A stretch of 64,000 bases of DNA from Lama glama (Eukaryota). Location: NCBI GenBank assembly GCA_028534125.1, contig CM052816.1:83020001-83084000 (forward strand), given 5' to 3'. The notes under the pieces are model-generated. The model made no database searches. It was not told where the DNA came from and saw only the letters and a list, made by a program, of their open reading frames with translations. Of this stretch, positions 25,314 to 38,209 are shown piece after piece (position 1 is the first letter of the stretch; each line of letters opens with the position of its first letter). Position numbers and translations under genes: made by a program.

Positions 25314-26028
25314 TCTATCAATGGTCAGTGGTGTAAATAAGTTGAAGTGTATTTCTCTTTTGCTTTAAGCATAACATGGAAAGGTTTCTTTGTTCCTTAA
25401 GGTCTGGTAGGCATCTGGTCTTCGTGTATTTTGTTGTTCCAGTACCTACTGCCTGTCACCTCATAACATGACCAGAGATAGTTCACCACAACCATGTCAG
25501 CCCACAAAAGGGAGAGGACACAATGGAGGACAAGCAGTTTTCAGTCAATGAGGGTGACCTGGAAGAAGCCAGTATTGTATTTCCGAGAATATAAGCGCAT
25601 GTTCCAGGCTGGCTGTAATGGAGGCTGTGAACATAATCTCCAACTAGGGGCTCATTTCCTCCACTAAAATTTAGGAGTTCAAAGACTTTAAAAAGGAAGA
25701 GAAAAATGAATATTTGAAGATAATTACAGTCTTTTCCAGAAGAGATAACAAGGAGAACAGATTACAATAAATTTTAATGAATAGCCAGGACATTTTTTTC
25801 CCCAAGAAAGGGTTGAAATAAGGTCAGATTCTGAAGAAAGAAAATAAGACAACCCCTATTGATTGCAGGAAGCTCCCTATGGAAAGATTCTAGGAATGTT
25901 AAAAGGTCCCAACTTCCCATCATTATTTCTTATAATTGAGGAAATATATTCTGAAAAAAAAAGAACTATTTGAATTTCATATTAAGTAGATAGTCAAAAC
26001 TTAAAGGGATAGTAATGTTCATATTTTC

Positions 26029-26280
26029 CAGTGTTCTCCAAGATATGTTCCCTTGGATAGTAGTCCAATGAGATGGTTATTGGACAATTTGTTTTCTGGT
26101 CAAATAGGTTTAGGAGACATTGACTTCTGTATCTCCACTTAGACAATTATAAGATAAATTAGCATATTAATAGATATTGTAACATGTAGTAAAGAAAACT
26201 ATTTAAATGCCTTCATTCCAAACATATTAATCACATAGCCCTTATCAGTGTATCTTGAAATAGCCTTTTGAGGAAATTGA
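26029..26280. mobile_element. Old hAT-Charlie MITE fragment
   Basis: Terminus-like 'cagtgttctccaagatatgttcc' and internal 'ggtcaaataggtttaggagac'. Confidence 0.45.
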
Positions 26281-26434
26281 CTTAATTTTAAAGTAAAACT
26301 TCTGATTTTATAAGTAATTATAACAAATGAGAAACAAGCATTTATATACCTTAATGAGAGCTACGTAAGCCAGTTAGCCTTATACTCCATGGAGTGAATT
26401 CTCAATTTTTAGTATGGACAATTTTGATTTAACC

Positions 26435-26658
26435 CAGGGCTCAGCAAATTATGATTCATGGGCTAATTCTGGCCCACTGCTCATATTTATAAATAAAGTG
26501 TGATTGAACAGTTGCAGTCATTCATTTACATATTGTCTGTGGCTCATTTCTCACTGCAACAACAGAGCTGAGTAGTTGTGACAAGAGATCATGTGGCCCA
26601 TAAAGACTCTAATATTTACTGTTGGGCTTTTTACAGAAAAGCTGTTTGTTGACCTCTG
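26435..26658 (+). mobile_element. MER58A-like hAT MITE
   Basis: TIRs cagggctcagcaaa / tttgttgacctctg, internal 'gagtagttgtgaca', and imperfect 8-bp TSD atttaacc/atttaatt. Confidence 0.88.
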
Positions 26659-27164
26659 ATTTAATTCATTCAGAAATATTGTATAAGTTAAATATAAGTC
26701 AGTATATCTCAAGTATCCCAGTGTATATTACTTAGAGAAAAAAACCAATTTGTTATAAAATTGAATTAAGCTCTAGAAAACTTTTTGGAAGCAGTAGTCA
26801 TTCTTCTCTCAACCTAAGTGGTTTTTTCACAAAAAATTATTGGTGAGCAATTTGGCTGAATAAAATTTAAGATGTATCAACTGGGTTTTATCTGTTACTG
26901 AAACCACTGAACACCATTAGTCCATTATGTTAAGCATTAATGACATGAAAATGAATGAGGCATAGTGCCATCTCTTGACCAGCTCACTGTCCAGCAGAGA
27001 AGATAGAAAAGAAACCCATCAAGTATTGTATGATGACAAGATCTCTAATAGTGTTCACCAAACTCTATCTAAGAAAGGGGTATGCCACATTATTTAAACA
27101 GCTTTTTCCCCCTTTTTCTCTAACAGTTACATATCACATATATGTCAGGCACTGTTCCGATTAC

Positions 27165-27245
27165 TTTACATATATATATATGTGTGTGTATATATATATA
27201 TATATACACACACATATAAACACACACACACACACATATATACGT
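27165..27245. repeat. Compound (TA)/(TG)/(CA) microsatellite
   Basis: Seen directly in the sequence. Confidence 0.92.
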
Positions 27246-28899
27246 AAACTTATATAATAATCATGACAACTGTAAATATAGTGCTTCTCAGTATGGGAAG
27301 ACACAATTCCAGGGTGAGGGGATGGAAATCTTTTACTTAAAGACAACAGAATGTGCCAAGACACAGTGCAATAGAAGTGCTGAAACAAGAGAAAGTGGGA
27401 AATTTTTCACAAATCATATATTTCGTTTCAAATGCAGTATCAAGGATAGGAAACAAGAGTGTGTGAATCAATGGCAGGAGGGCATCTTGTCTAGAAGATT
27501 TTATCACAATCAGAAGAAGGCTAATGAAAAATACCAAGTGTCAAATGACAGATATTGAAGTAAGGTAAATTCAGGGACAGTGCTTAATACCATTATTTTG
27601 GTTTAGTCCATTTCTATTTTCTGGCATCAGATGTGGTGAGGTAATACTGTGAAATTTCTGAGTGGTTCCATGGTGGCTTGAATTACTGCACAAAACTTAA
27701 GATGATTTATAATTCACTCAAACAACATAGTTTATGTACAGGCTGGCATTATTAAGAAGAGTTTAAAAAGAATAAAGGTTTAGGAAATGGTGTTTTATAC
27801 ATGTACATAGACCTTATGTGGCTAGACAGAGTTCATAAAATTATCTTAGAGTTATCTAGTCCAATATCTTAATTTACTCAACATGGTAAGGCAAGTTTTA
27901 TAAAGCTACACAGCTAATCCCATCATGATTTCCAAAATATTAGTAAATCTTTGTACTACAGTATACTGACTTAGATTGCCAATAAAGCAGTTTTTCAGGC
28001 TATGATAATGCATTTGTAGAAACTTTCACTGTTCATTGTTTGGAATATAACTTATTAAAAATGCCATTGGTAAAGAATTCAACTTGTTAAAAATCTTAAA
28101 AGATGCAGTTGAGCAGACCTAGAGATAAATGTATAATTTTGGAGGAACAACCTCTGAAATTGTATAAACATGAAATCAAGAATAATTTCTGTTAATCATA
28201 AGATTAAGCAAACATACCTAGTTACCACAGTAAAAACAATTTTGGCAAACAGTTTTCTTCCTAGGAAAGTAATCAAATTTTGGGATCAATAAATATGTAT
28301 ATGGCATTTGGAAAACCAGAGGAAATCTCTCGCTTTTATCATGGACTGAGTAAAATTGGACTAAAGAATCATGTCCAATTCTGAACTCCACAGTTAATTT
28401 AAGAAAAGATTCATGAGATACATAGAATTGAATAAATATGTAGTTACCCAATAAGAAATGTGGAAATACATTTGAAAGAAAACCAAAATGAGTAGCAATG
28501 TTTAATAATATTTATTTTAATGCTTATACGCTAGAACACTTGGGAGCAAACGGGAGACTGATCTGCATCCTGAGGAATGTATGTTCATACAAAAGAATGC
28601 AAATAATAAACATGGGATTACTTAGTAAGACGAATGAGAAGAAATATGGAATAGTAAGAAGATTCACTTCCCAAACTCCTCTGTTGAAAAACGAGGATTG
28701 GTCATATCTGTCTGGGATAACATCTAGTCCAGAGAGTCTGTGATTCTTGGATGGACAGACAGATGATGAATAGTGATGCAGCAAGTATCGTGATAAACCA
28801 AGACATCTGTCATTAGAAAGATCATCTCATACCTAAACTTTGCCATCAATAGATTGTCATTTTCCTGAGGGCCGGAACAAAACAGAACTATGTAATATT

Positions 28900-29140
28900 A
28901 TATAATGGTCAAAACAAGTATTCTAGGACCAGATTTCCAGAGTTCAGATCCCAATTTCTCATTTTATTAATTCTGTTGCCTTGGGAGAGTCAGACATGAA
29001 TATTTCCATATCTCACTTTGAACATCTGTAAAATGGGAGTAATAGTAGAATCTGTCTTATCTGTCTTATGATTTGTTATAACATTAACTTTTAGGTTTCA
29101 CAGATGACTATCTGACACAGAGTAAGACTTACAAGTGAAA
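28900..29140 (+). mobile_element. MIR fragment
   Basis: 'agagttcagatccca...ccttggg...catctgtaaaatgggagtaatagtag...tgacacagagtaag'. Confidence 0.75.
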
Positions 29141-29707
29141 TATCTCTATTGGCATGCATGTAATAGACAACTCTGCAAGTATTTATTTAATGAACTGAAT
29201 TGATAACATAAAAGAAGCAAGGTTATTATCCTAACTATATTCCAAAGACTTTAATGACATTTATTTATGTACACATGTCTCTTGGTTATATTAATATTAA
29301 AACCCAGAAGATATCTGTGTGAAAGTATATAGGCAAGATTAAGATATGCACTTGCAAAGTACACGGACTCTTTCAAGTTCTTACAGTACTCTTCATTGCA
29401 TGGAAATTTGGGAATAGGGGGTAAAAAGAGGAGGTCTTGACTCTGAATCTTAAACCAGCCACTTATTATCATATATGTTGTGGAATTAATAGCATTAAAT
29501 GTGTATCATCTATTGATATCTAGGCAATTTTCCCAAATTCTTTTCTGCTCTCCTAGAAAGCTTGGAGACCTTTTTGGGTCTTTACCATATAACTTAAATA
29601 AGAAGAGAGCCTGATCAGACTCTTTCAGATTTTCCTTCCACAGAGTACCTCAAATGGCAAGGCCAATTCCAGAAGTAAAGGTACCCACCATCTCAATTTA
29701 TCTTAAA

Positions 29708-29734
29708 ACACACACACACACACACACACACACA
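29708..29734. repeat. (CA)n microsatellite
   Basis: Seen directly in the sequence. Confidence 0.97.
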
Positions 29735-30254
29735 AATTTGGAAAAAGAAAAGAGATCCAAGAGCTCCAGAAACAGAGAGAAACTAACCTATCTCTGCTTA
29801 GTGATATTTAATTTTTTTCTTTCTCAGAAGATTAGCTGCCAAGACTGATGACCTTTTTGTGTACTCTTTGGTATAAACTTGGACCTATCTGATTTGAAAA
29901 ACCCAGTAGCTTCTCACTGATGGAAAAACTGCCTGCAGAAATAGAATTCAGGCTGTTTAGAATCCAAAGCCTTTTAAAGGACTTGTGTACCTGAAAAATT
30001 GGCAAACAATTCACTCAAATTTATAGTAATCCTTCAAGATGTTTTGAAATGATTTGCAAACGGTAGACAAGCAGGCAGGTTGCCAGAGAGGGTCCCCAGA
30101 GGTGTTAAAGCAAACTGGTTTAAACACCCTGCCATAAAGTGAAAGTGGCAAAGTTTATCCCTTGAATTATCCTTCATAAATGATGCCTTCTTGGGATTCC
30201 AGTACTATTAAAGCTAGTCCCCAGATAGTAGGATCTCTCTGCCTTCAGAAAATA

Positions 30255-30578
30255 CAGGTGACCCTTGAACAACATGGTGTTGAATTGCAAGGATCCACTT
30301 ATATGTGATGTTTTTCCCATAAATATAGTACTTTGATTTTCATTTTACAGATGTTTAACTGAATGTGAGAAATGTGTGTGTCCAATTAGAGATCAAAATA
30401 TGTGGAATCAAAACAACTGTGGTTTAAGTCCTGATTCTATCCAAATTGTTTCAGCTTCCTACTCTTGGATAAGTCATTTATCAGTTCCTTTGCTTTTGAG
30501 GCAGAAATAGCAGTAGTTGGATTTCCCACTATGCAAGGGTTGGCACCCCTAAACCCTGTGTTGTTCAAGGGTCAACTC
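30255..30578 (+). mobile_element. Tc1/mariner Tigger2-type MITE
   Basis: TIRs CAGGTGACCCTTGAACAACA and TGTTGTTCAAGGGTCAACT, preceded by a TA target dinucleotide. Confidence 0.9.
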
Positions 30579-32618
30579 TGTTTTTCTTTTACATAAACAC
30601 AAAAATTACTTTGCTTTTAACTGCATTAAAGGATCTATTGTCTGCTGGTGTCCTTCTGTCAATTGCATTATCATGATTGTTCCTGCAAAACCAACAACTT
30701 CAATGATAGAGAAGGAAAAATATAAAGCCGCCAAAATTGGTTGTTTGGACTCTGTAATTCTAAGTGGATTAGTCAAGGAATACCTGTGTCCTAAGACCCA
30801 AATGCATGCATGCCCTTATAATGATGTTCTTGCTGCTAAGTAATATCTCAGCTTCCAGATTTCCTAAACCAGTGGAACCAACCTATCCAAGGTCAACTAG
30901 GAGACTCTTGCCTTTTGTTCCTCTCCTCCTCTCATATTCCTAGCAGACTCCTTTACTTTGAAATAAGAACATATTAACACTTTCACGCTTCTACAAGGTC
31001 AGTCTAATTATTTCATTCAAATTTTCAGGAACTATCCTGGAATACATGCTAAGAGAGTGTGGAATTTATTTGATTCTATTTCACCCATGCTACTTATCAC
31101 TACACATCTTGGAAAACTTTTAGGAAGGCTTCTGCTATGTTAGCATGTTGCCAAAAGAATTTAGTAAATATAGTGGGTAAAAGCCAGTCAGATTGTGATA
31201 TTTATCGAGTAAAACTGGCTAACACAATTTATTTTTATTTCTTAACAGAATAAGTAATCGGATGAGAAGTAACTCTTGTCCAAAAGCAAACCAGTTTCTA
31301 ATACTATATGTTTGGCCCTCTCACTTTGCTATAAACTGATCATTTTTCATATATTTTGAGTCAGGTGCTTTTATAGTATGAAAAATGTGTATTACTTTTT
31401 ACAGTTTCCCTTAATTTTCTGTCCATTTTACTAAGAGCATATATTTAATTGTGTTTGTGTCCCAATTCCTGTACTGACAACACTGTGAGAATTATGTATT
31501 TCTCCATTCATCAGTGAGTTTCTACAAAAATCTTCAAGGAGGTTCAATTTACCTTTATCTATGTATATATTTACAATTTATCTATGACTTACTCAGCTCT
31601 GATCTCTGGGAATTATTCTTTATATTGCAGACTTTCTGACTAAAAGATAATTCAGTTTACACTGTTGATTCTGACAGAGGAAAACATGAATTATTTCTTG
31701 AGTTTCATAAGCATAACAGTTGTGGAAACTGGGATAAAACATGTAAATATATTACACTCGAGATGTTTTAAATCCTCAGGAATTAGAGCAGGTTTTATGA
31801 CTGTGTCAGGTAAAAATGGTTTTAAAATATTTGCCAGCTTCTTGCAGCACTTTTAGTTTAAAATGTGCCTTTGAAAACAACAATACAAAATGAAAACTTT
31901 ATCATTTACAATAGAAATTTGGCAACAATATCAAGAGAATTAAGAAAGTATATACTCTCATAATTAAATAACAATTCCATTTCTGGAAATGTGGCCTAAA
32001 ATAGCACAAAATGAATATATATATATTATCTCTTTTGGTGATATGTACGTGGAAATTATGTACATACAGAGATATCTATGGCATTCCAAAAGTGATAATA
32101 TGTTTAGCACATACTTGAATTCTTTGGTACTCCAGATAACCTATAGCAATAATGAGCAAATCGTAAAGTATAATAAAATTCATTCTAAAGATAGAAAACT
32201 GTTATTCTGTTACATGGAAGTTAATCCCATGAGGCTCACAATTTTTAGCAAGAGACTTGAAGAAGTTTAATTCCAGAATGGTGATTAGAACCACATTTCC
32301 CAGTATGTTGCTGAAGACTCAGTGAGGCCCATCATTTTATATCAAGATATGGAGTAGTTTCCTGTACTCCTTTAAAATGTGGGGACAAACTCTGGCAACT
32401 CTCTGGCATTGCCACTTTTATAAAACTGTTTCAATAATAATTTAGAAAGAAAGAGGAGGAAGCCAAAAAATGGGACTTATGCCAAGGTGTTCACTGGTTC
32501 AGTGAAAAGATCTGTGACATTAATTATGTGATCTGAGAGCAGAAAACCTCACTCTAATTAGGGAAGGGATGGGACTAGGGGTGAAATAGCAGTTGAGCCA
32601 TAGTGGAGGCATAACCAG

Positions 32619-32620
<2 letters not shown>

Positions 32621-32654
<34 letters not shown>
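32621..32654. repeat. (CA)n microsatellite
   Basis: Seen directly in the sequence. Confidence 0.97.
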
Positions 32655-32656
<2 letters not shown>

Positions 32657-32759
32657 AGAAAGAGAGAGGGAGAACTCATAGTCTAGGTGATTATACAGCA
32701 AAGAAGCTCTTCAAAGAGCTTGAAGAAAACTACCCACTAAGATTCGATTGTTACCAGTT

Positions 32760-34480
32760 TTCAAAATAAGCATAAGTACTTATTTTCTCTAAAAATAATT
32801 TAAAATAAGTTTAATTTCCTCAGAGTGATAATGGAAAAAATAGTATGCACAAAAATGATAAATTGGGAAGGAAATAGCAGATACCAATCAAAAACATATT
32901 CACAAAAAGAAATAATTAAAAATAATCACTGAATATTAAAAAATAGTATCACAATAATTGGGATGAATTCTAGAAATTACTCACTTAAGGAAAGCATTAG
33001 AAATATGGAAGATAGTGTTGGTTAGTTTACCTAGAAATCTACACAGAGAGCTAAAGAGTTAATAAATGGTATGTTTAAAGCATCCAAAAATAATTCTGAA
33101 AGTCAAGATGAGATGGCATATTAGAATTACAATATTTGAAGGCATAATAATGAGTTTTTTCTAGAATTGAAGAAAAATCAGCTGAAAATTCAATGAGGGC
33201 CTATTAAGATAAATGAAAATAGATAGTCATTTTCTAAGGAAAAAGCTGAATATTAAATAAGAAAATAAAATCTAAAAAAAAAAAATAAATAAGAAACCCT
33301 ATAGAAAAGATGCCAGTTACATATCAAGGAATAACATTCATCAGTGAATTGTCTTCATTTCATCAACAATAATAGTGAGATGACTGTCAAGGTAGAATTC
33401 TACATCAAGCTAAGGAACAAAGATCAAAGAAATAAATTATATCAGTAATTATGGTATATTAAAAAGATTGCATTCATCTCAAATTGGTATTTTTAAACCC
33501 AGCTTATGCTGTTTACTGAATTTACCTGTAAAATAAATCAATACTAAATATTGTACCTAAAACTATGAACAGCTAAGTCAAACAAAATATTAACTTAAAA
33601 AATAAGAATATTACGATAGGATGGTATATTAGTTTCCAAAAATATGCTGTTGTAACAAATTACAAAACATTTAGTGTCATAAAACAACACAATCATATCA
33701 ATATACAGTTCTGGAGGACACAAATCTAAAATAACTCAGGAGAGGCTGGTTCTTTCTGGAGACTCTGAAGGAAGAATCTGTTTCCTTACCCTTTTCAGCT
33801 TCTAATGGCCACCTGTATTCCTTGGCTTGTGGCCCTTTCACCGTCTTCAAAGCACATCACTCCAATCTCTGCTTGCATCATCACTTGGCCTTTTCCTCTA
33901 ATCTGACTCCTTTTGCATTTCTCTTATAAGGATTCTTATGCTTGCATAATTCAGGATAATCTCCTGATCAAGAACAGACAACCACATCTGCAAAGTCTCT
34001 TTGGCTATTTATGATAGTATTTAGTGGTTCCAGGGATTAGGGATTAGGCAATATTGGGGGGCTATTATTCAGATTAACACAGACCAAAAAATAAATGAAT
34101 CTTATCAGCTGAAGACATATAATTTTTGTACAAATGAACCAATAACTTTAGTCAAGGTATGATAATATTTGTATGAATTTGAAAAATAATACTATAATAT
34201 TTATAAGTACATGTATGTGTAGTGTGTATACATATATAAATGTGTAAAATATGCACATAAAATTTATGATCACCTCTAGTGAGAGAAGAAAAAGAACAAA
34301 ATAAGAAACTGTAATGTTCCTGTAATTTTTTATTTATTTTAAACAAACATCTAAATAATTATGAAAAATTATTAAAATTTGCTGATTTGGGGTGCACAGT
34401 TCACAAAAGTTTTTTTTTATTATTTGGATCTTTTATCACAGTTGCTTTTACTAATATATATTTTTAAAAATTTAAACATT
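32760..34480 (+). mobile_element. Highly decayed old L1 (ORF1/ORF2-start-like pieces), interrupted by an MLT1 LTR
   Basis: A-rich text with L1-like remnants 'ttttctagaattgaagaaa', 'tagaattctacatcaagctaa' and 'cagcttatgctgtttac'. Confidence 0.5.
33624..34081 (-). mobile_element. MaLR solo LTR (MLT1C-like)
   Basis: 'tatattagtttcc..gctgttgtaacaaattac...cagttctggagg...aagaatctgtttccttacccttttcagcttcta...gggggctattattcag'. Confidence 0.85.
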
Positions 34481-35589
34481 GAAAATATTTTAATGGTTAT
34501 ATCAACTTCAAAGAGTATCATAATATTGACAATGACTGAGAACTTCTGTAACACTTGGAAAAGTCTTATTCTTACAATATAAGAGAAGATTACAGAATTA
34601 AATCCACAAATATATTACATATACACAGTTACCCAGTAATTTAGAAGAGTTCCTATGCCAAAACTTTTACTTATATGCAGTATCACATTTAACTTTTACT
34701 ACTGTCCTCTGAGTTAAAAATTTCCTATATTTTTGACACCAATTTTAGAAACGAAAAAATTGAGGACTAAAATGAATGAGTAGTTGAACATGTGTTTAAA
34801 CTTGTTATGGCTTACTCTGAACTCACACTCTTAATTCCTGTGCAATAGTGTCTATACAACAAAGAATAATTGCAAAGCTATCTTTAGGAAATTGTCTGAA
34901 AAGCAATATATCAAAATGTTAATGATATTTGTTTTTAGATTGTAGGCCCATGGGTGAGTATTTTTCCTGTATTCTCAAAATACTCTATAATGAAATGGCA
35001 TTCTATATTTTTAGTGATGTAACATTAACTTTATGCACTAATAAAAGTGATATTGCTGAACATCAGACACTTCATTTATAGCACATATGATCCGAAGCAA
35101 AATTAGATTAATTCAGAAGTATCAATTTTAAGAATGATGAAAATCTTAGAAGAAACTGAGTTTGGAATAACTTACTAAGATTTAGTAAAAGAAGTCCATT
35201 AATAAGGAATTTGGAAGATATTTATTTTATACCAAGACATATAATTAATACATATATTTATAAAAGAGCTAAATTATACTTTTCTATTTATTTTCCTAAA
35301 ACATTAAAATTTATGAAAGGATATTAAACAAGTATGGTCTTATACATGAGGAATAAAATATGGGGGTCTCCAAATTTTAATTACATTTTTTGTCATTGGC
35401 AATACTCTGTTATTTTTCTTGAATTTTTTTAAGAACTTTTCCATACTCTGACAACATAAAACATTTTAATAAACTTCAAAAAATTTGTGAATAACTCCTA
35501 CAATTGAAATAGTTTCATGTTTGAATATTAACTTATATGATGATGTATGTCAAATTTGGAGAGTGAATGAATCTATAAACTATTATTTT

Positions 35590-36903
35590 AAAAAAGGAAG
35601 AACTAATAACAAGAAGACAATAAACAAAATGGTAATAAATACATACCTATCAATAACTATTGTAAATATAAATGGGAAAAGTGGTTCAGTCAAGAGACAT
35701 AGGGTAGCAGAATGTATAAAAGTACAATACCTATCAATATATTGCCTGCAAGAGACTCTCCTCAGATATAAGGACACACATAAAGTGAAAGTGAAAGGAT
35801 GGAAAAAGATATTCCTTGAAAATGGAAAAGATAGGAAAACTGGAGTATTAAGACTCATATCAGATAAAATAGACTTTAAAACAAAGACTGTAATAAACAA
35901 CAAAGAAGGGAATTACATAATGATAAAGGACTCAATCCTTCAAAAGGATATAAAATTTGTAAACACTTATACCCAATCTAAATACATAAAGCAAGCATTA
36001 ACAGAAACAAAGGCAGAAATAGACAACAATACATTTATAACAGGGGACTTTAATACTCACTTACATCAATGTTTACATAATTCAGACAGAAATTCAATAA
36101 GGACACACTGGTCTAAAATGATACATTAAATCAAATGAATTTAATAGATATATACAGAACATTCTATTCAAAAGTAGCAGAAAACACATTGTTTTCAAGT
36201 GCATATGGACCTTTTCTCCAGGATAGGTCATATTAGACCACAAAACAAGTTTCAATAAATTTAAGATTGAAATCATATCAGGCTACTTTTTTGACCACAG
36301 CAATATGAAAGTAGGAATCAACTTCAAGAAGAAAACTGGAAATAATACAAATGTGTGGAAACTATACAACATAGTACTGAACAATCAACAAGTCAATAAA
36401 GAATTAAGAGGAAATAAAAAAAAATACTTGGAGACAAATGAAAATAGAAACACAACTGTCTGAAATCTCTGGAATGCAGCAAAGGCAGTTCTAAGAGGGA
36501 AGTTCACAGTGATACAGGCCCACTTCAAGAAACAGGAAAAATCTCAAAAAATAAGTATACATTTAAAGGAGCTGAAAAAGGAAGAACAATCAAAACCCAA
36601 AATTAGTAAAAGGAAGGAAATATAAAGATAAAGAGCAGAAATAAGTGAAATAGAGAATAAAAAAGCAAAGTTAAAACAAAAGAAAATATCAATGAAACTA
36701 AGTTGGTTCTTTGAAAAGATAAACAAAATTGACAAACCTTTCTTCAGCCAGACTCATCAAGAAGAAAAGAGATAAAACCCAAATAAATAAATTAGAAATG
36801 AAGGAGGAGAAATTACAACTGAACTGCAGAAATATATATAAAGGATCATAGAGAATATTTGAACAAGTACATGCTAACAAATTAGACAACCTAGAAAAAA
36901 TGG
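35590..36903 (+). mobile_element. LINE-1 ORF2 5' part (APE endonuclease domain), decayed
   Basis: ORF 35521..36129 reads YLSITIVNING..KRHRV..YCLQET..KGWKKIF..LISDKIDFK..GDFNT. It continues with frameshifts to 'ttagacaacctagaaaaaatgg'. Confidence 0.95.
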
Positions 36904-36904
36904 G

Positions 36905-37240
36905 GACAGAGGTTGAGGGCTGGGGAGGGGGTGATAGGTAGGGGTGAGAAGAGGGGTACTAAAATAAATCCATGTTTTGTGTAACAGAGAGTTAACAGGT
37001 AATATCTAAGACGGAATAATCAAGAAGTAGCAAAACTATCAAGACATTTAGAGGCATCCAGGTAAATTCCAAAAATATCAGCTAAAAGACTAAAATCAAT
37101 TGCTTCTGGGGATGAGGGGAAGAAATGGAGGCAAGAGGCAGGGATATGCTGGTTTTAAATCACAAGCCTTAAAGAACTATTTGACTCTTTATACTGTACC
37201 TATGTAACTGATCAAAAATAAAAACTTTTTAAAATAAAGT
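36905..37240 (+). mobile_element. Old L1 (L1MC-like) 3'UTR fragment
   Basis: 'aattgcttctggggatgaggg...aagccttaaagaactatttgact...aaaataaaaac'. Confidence 0.55.
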
Positions 37241-38209
37241 TGTTCAAAAAGTGGAGTATGATGCAGCTTCTAATTAGGTGTTGTTATTGACCATCCCAGA
37301 TTAATCAGATTCATAAGAACAATCTAAAATATTCACACACTCTTTTTTTTTCTCTCTCAGGAAGGCTGTGATCTTGTTAACTGATGCTTTTAACTTCACT
37401 GATAAGTGTTTAAATTCAGCACTTGCCTGTTACGATGGAAATGTCTATGAATGTCTGTGTTCCACTGGGCTCAGAAAGCACCGACCAATACTCAGGTAGT
37501 TGAGTAGAACGCATTATAAATTACGTAAGAGAGCAGAGAACAGGCAGTGAGTACACCTCCATGTTTCCCCATTTTAATTGATTCCTATTAAGTTAGCAAT
37601 GGCTTAGCATAGCATGTCTATTTAAGATATTGTGAGAATACATAAAAGAAACCAGGAGCGGGGATGTGGCCTAGCAGGAACTCTGAGTCTGAACTGTTAT
37701 CAGCAAAATGCATGGCTCAGAATCTGGTAAAGGGAAGGGCGAGGAAGGCCCAAGCTCTCAGTCAGAGCTGACATACCCAAGGGTAGACACACAGTGGCAA
37801 ACTGGCTTTTAAGTAACAAAAACAAGATGATAAATCATTGCACTGATTTAGCTATTTCATTTTCAGCCTTTTAACTCTCAGTTTTGTATTGAAAAACCGA
37901 GCATGCAGGGTTGATAAGAAGTTTGGGGGGGGTGGGAAGGTATCTCTCAGCCCTCACTGCCTGCTAGAGATGCCTCCTTTCTCTTCACTCTGAGGAACAT
38001 AATCCCACCCAGGAACAAAGAAGGCCGATACACTGCCATCACCAGGAAAGACAAATAAATGACAATCACAAGGGCTGTGGTGAAAAGAACCCCAGCTGTC
38101 CTAGGAGAGCATACCAGAACTCATTAACAGAAGAAGGGGGAGTGCCAGGGCACCGGACTGTGCTGTGAAACGCCGTGAACATCAATGACCACATCAACTG
38201 GAGTAAGAC

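Noticed and set aside
32170..32610. Possible ERV1 LTR fragment
   Set aside because: It is vaguely LTR-like, but I could not define termini, a TSD or a family.
35521..36129. 202-aa ORF as a domesticated endonuclease
   Set aside because: It is an L1 APE domain that frameshifts before completion, and the downstream sequence is decayed. There is no evidence of selection.
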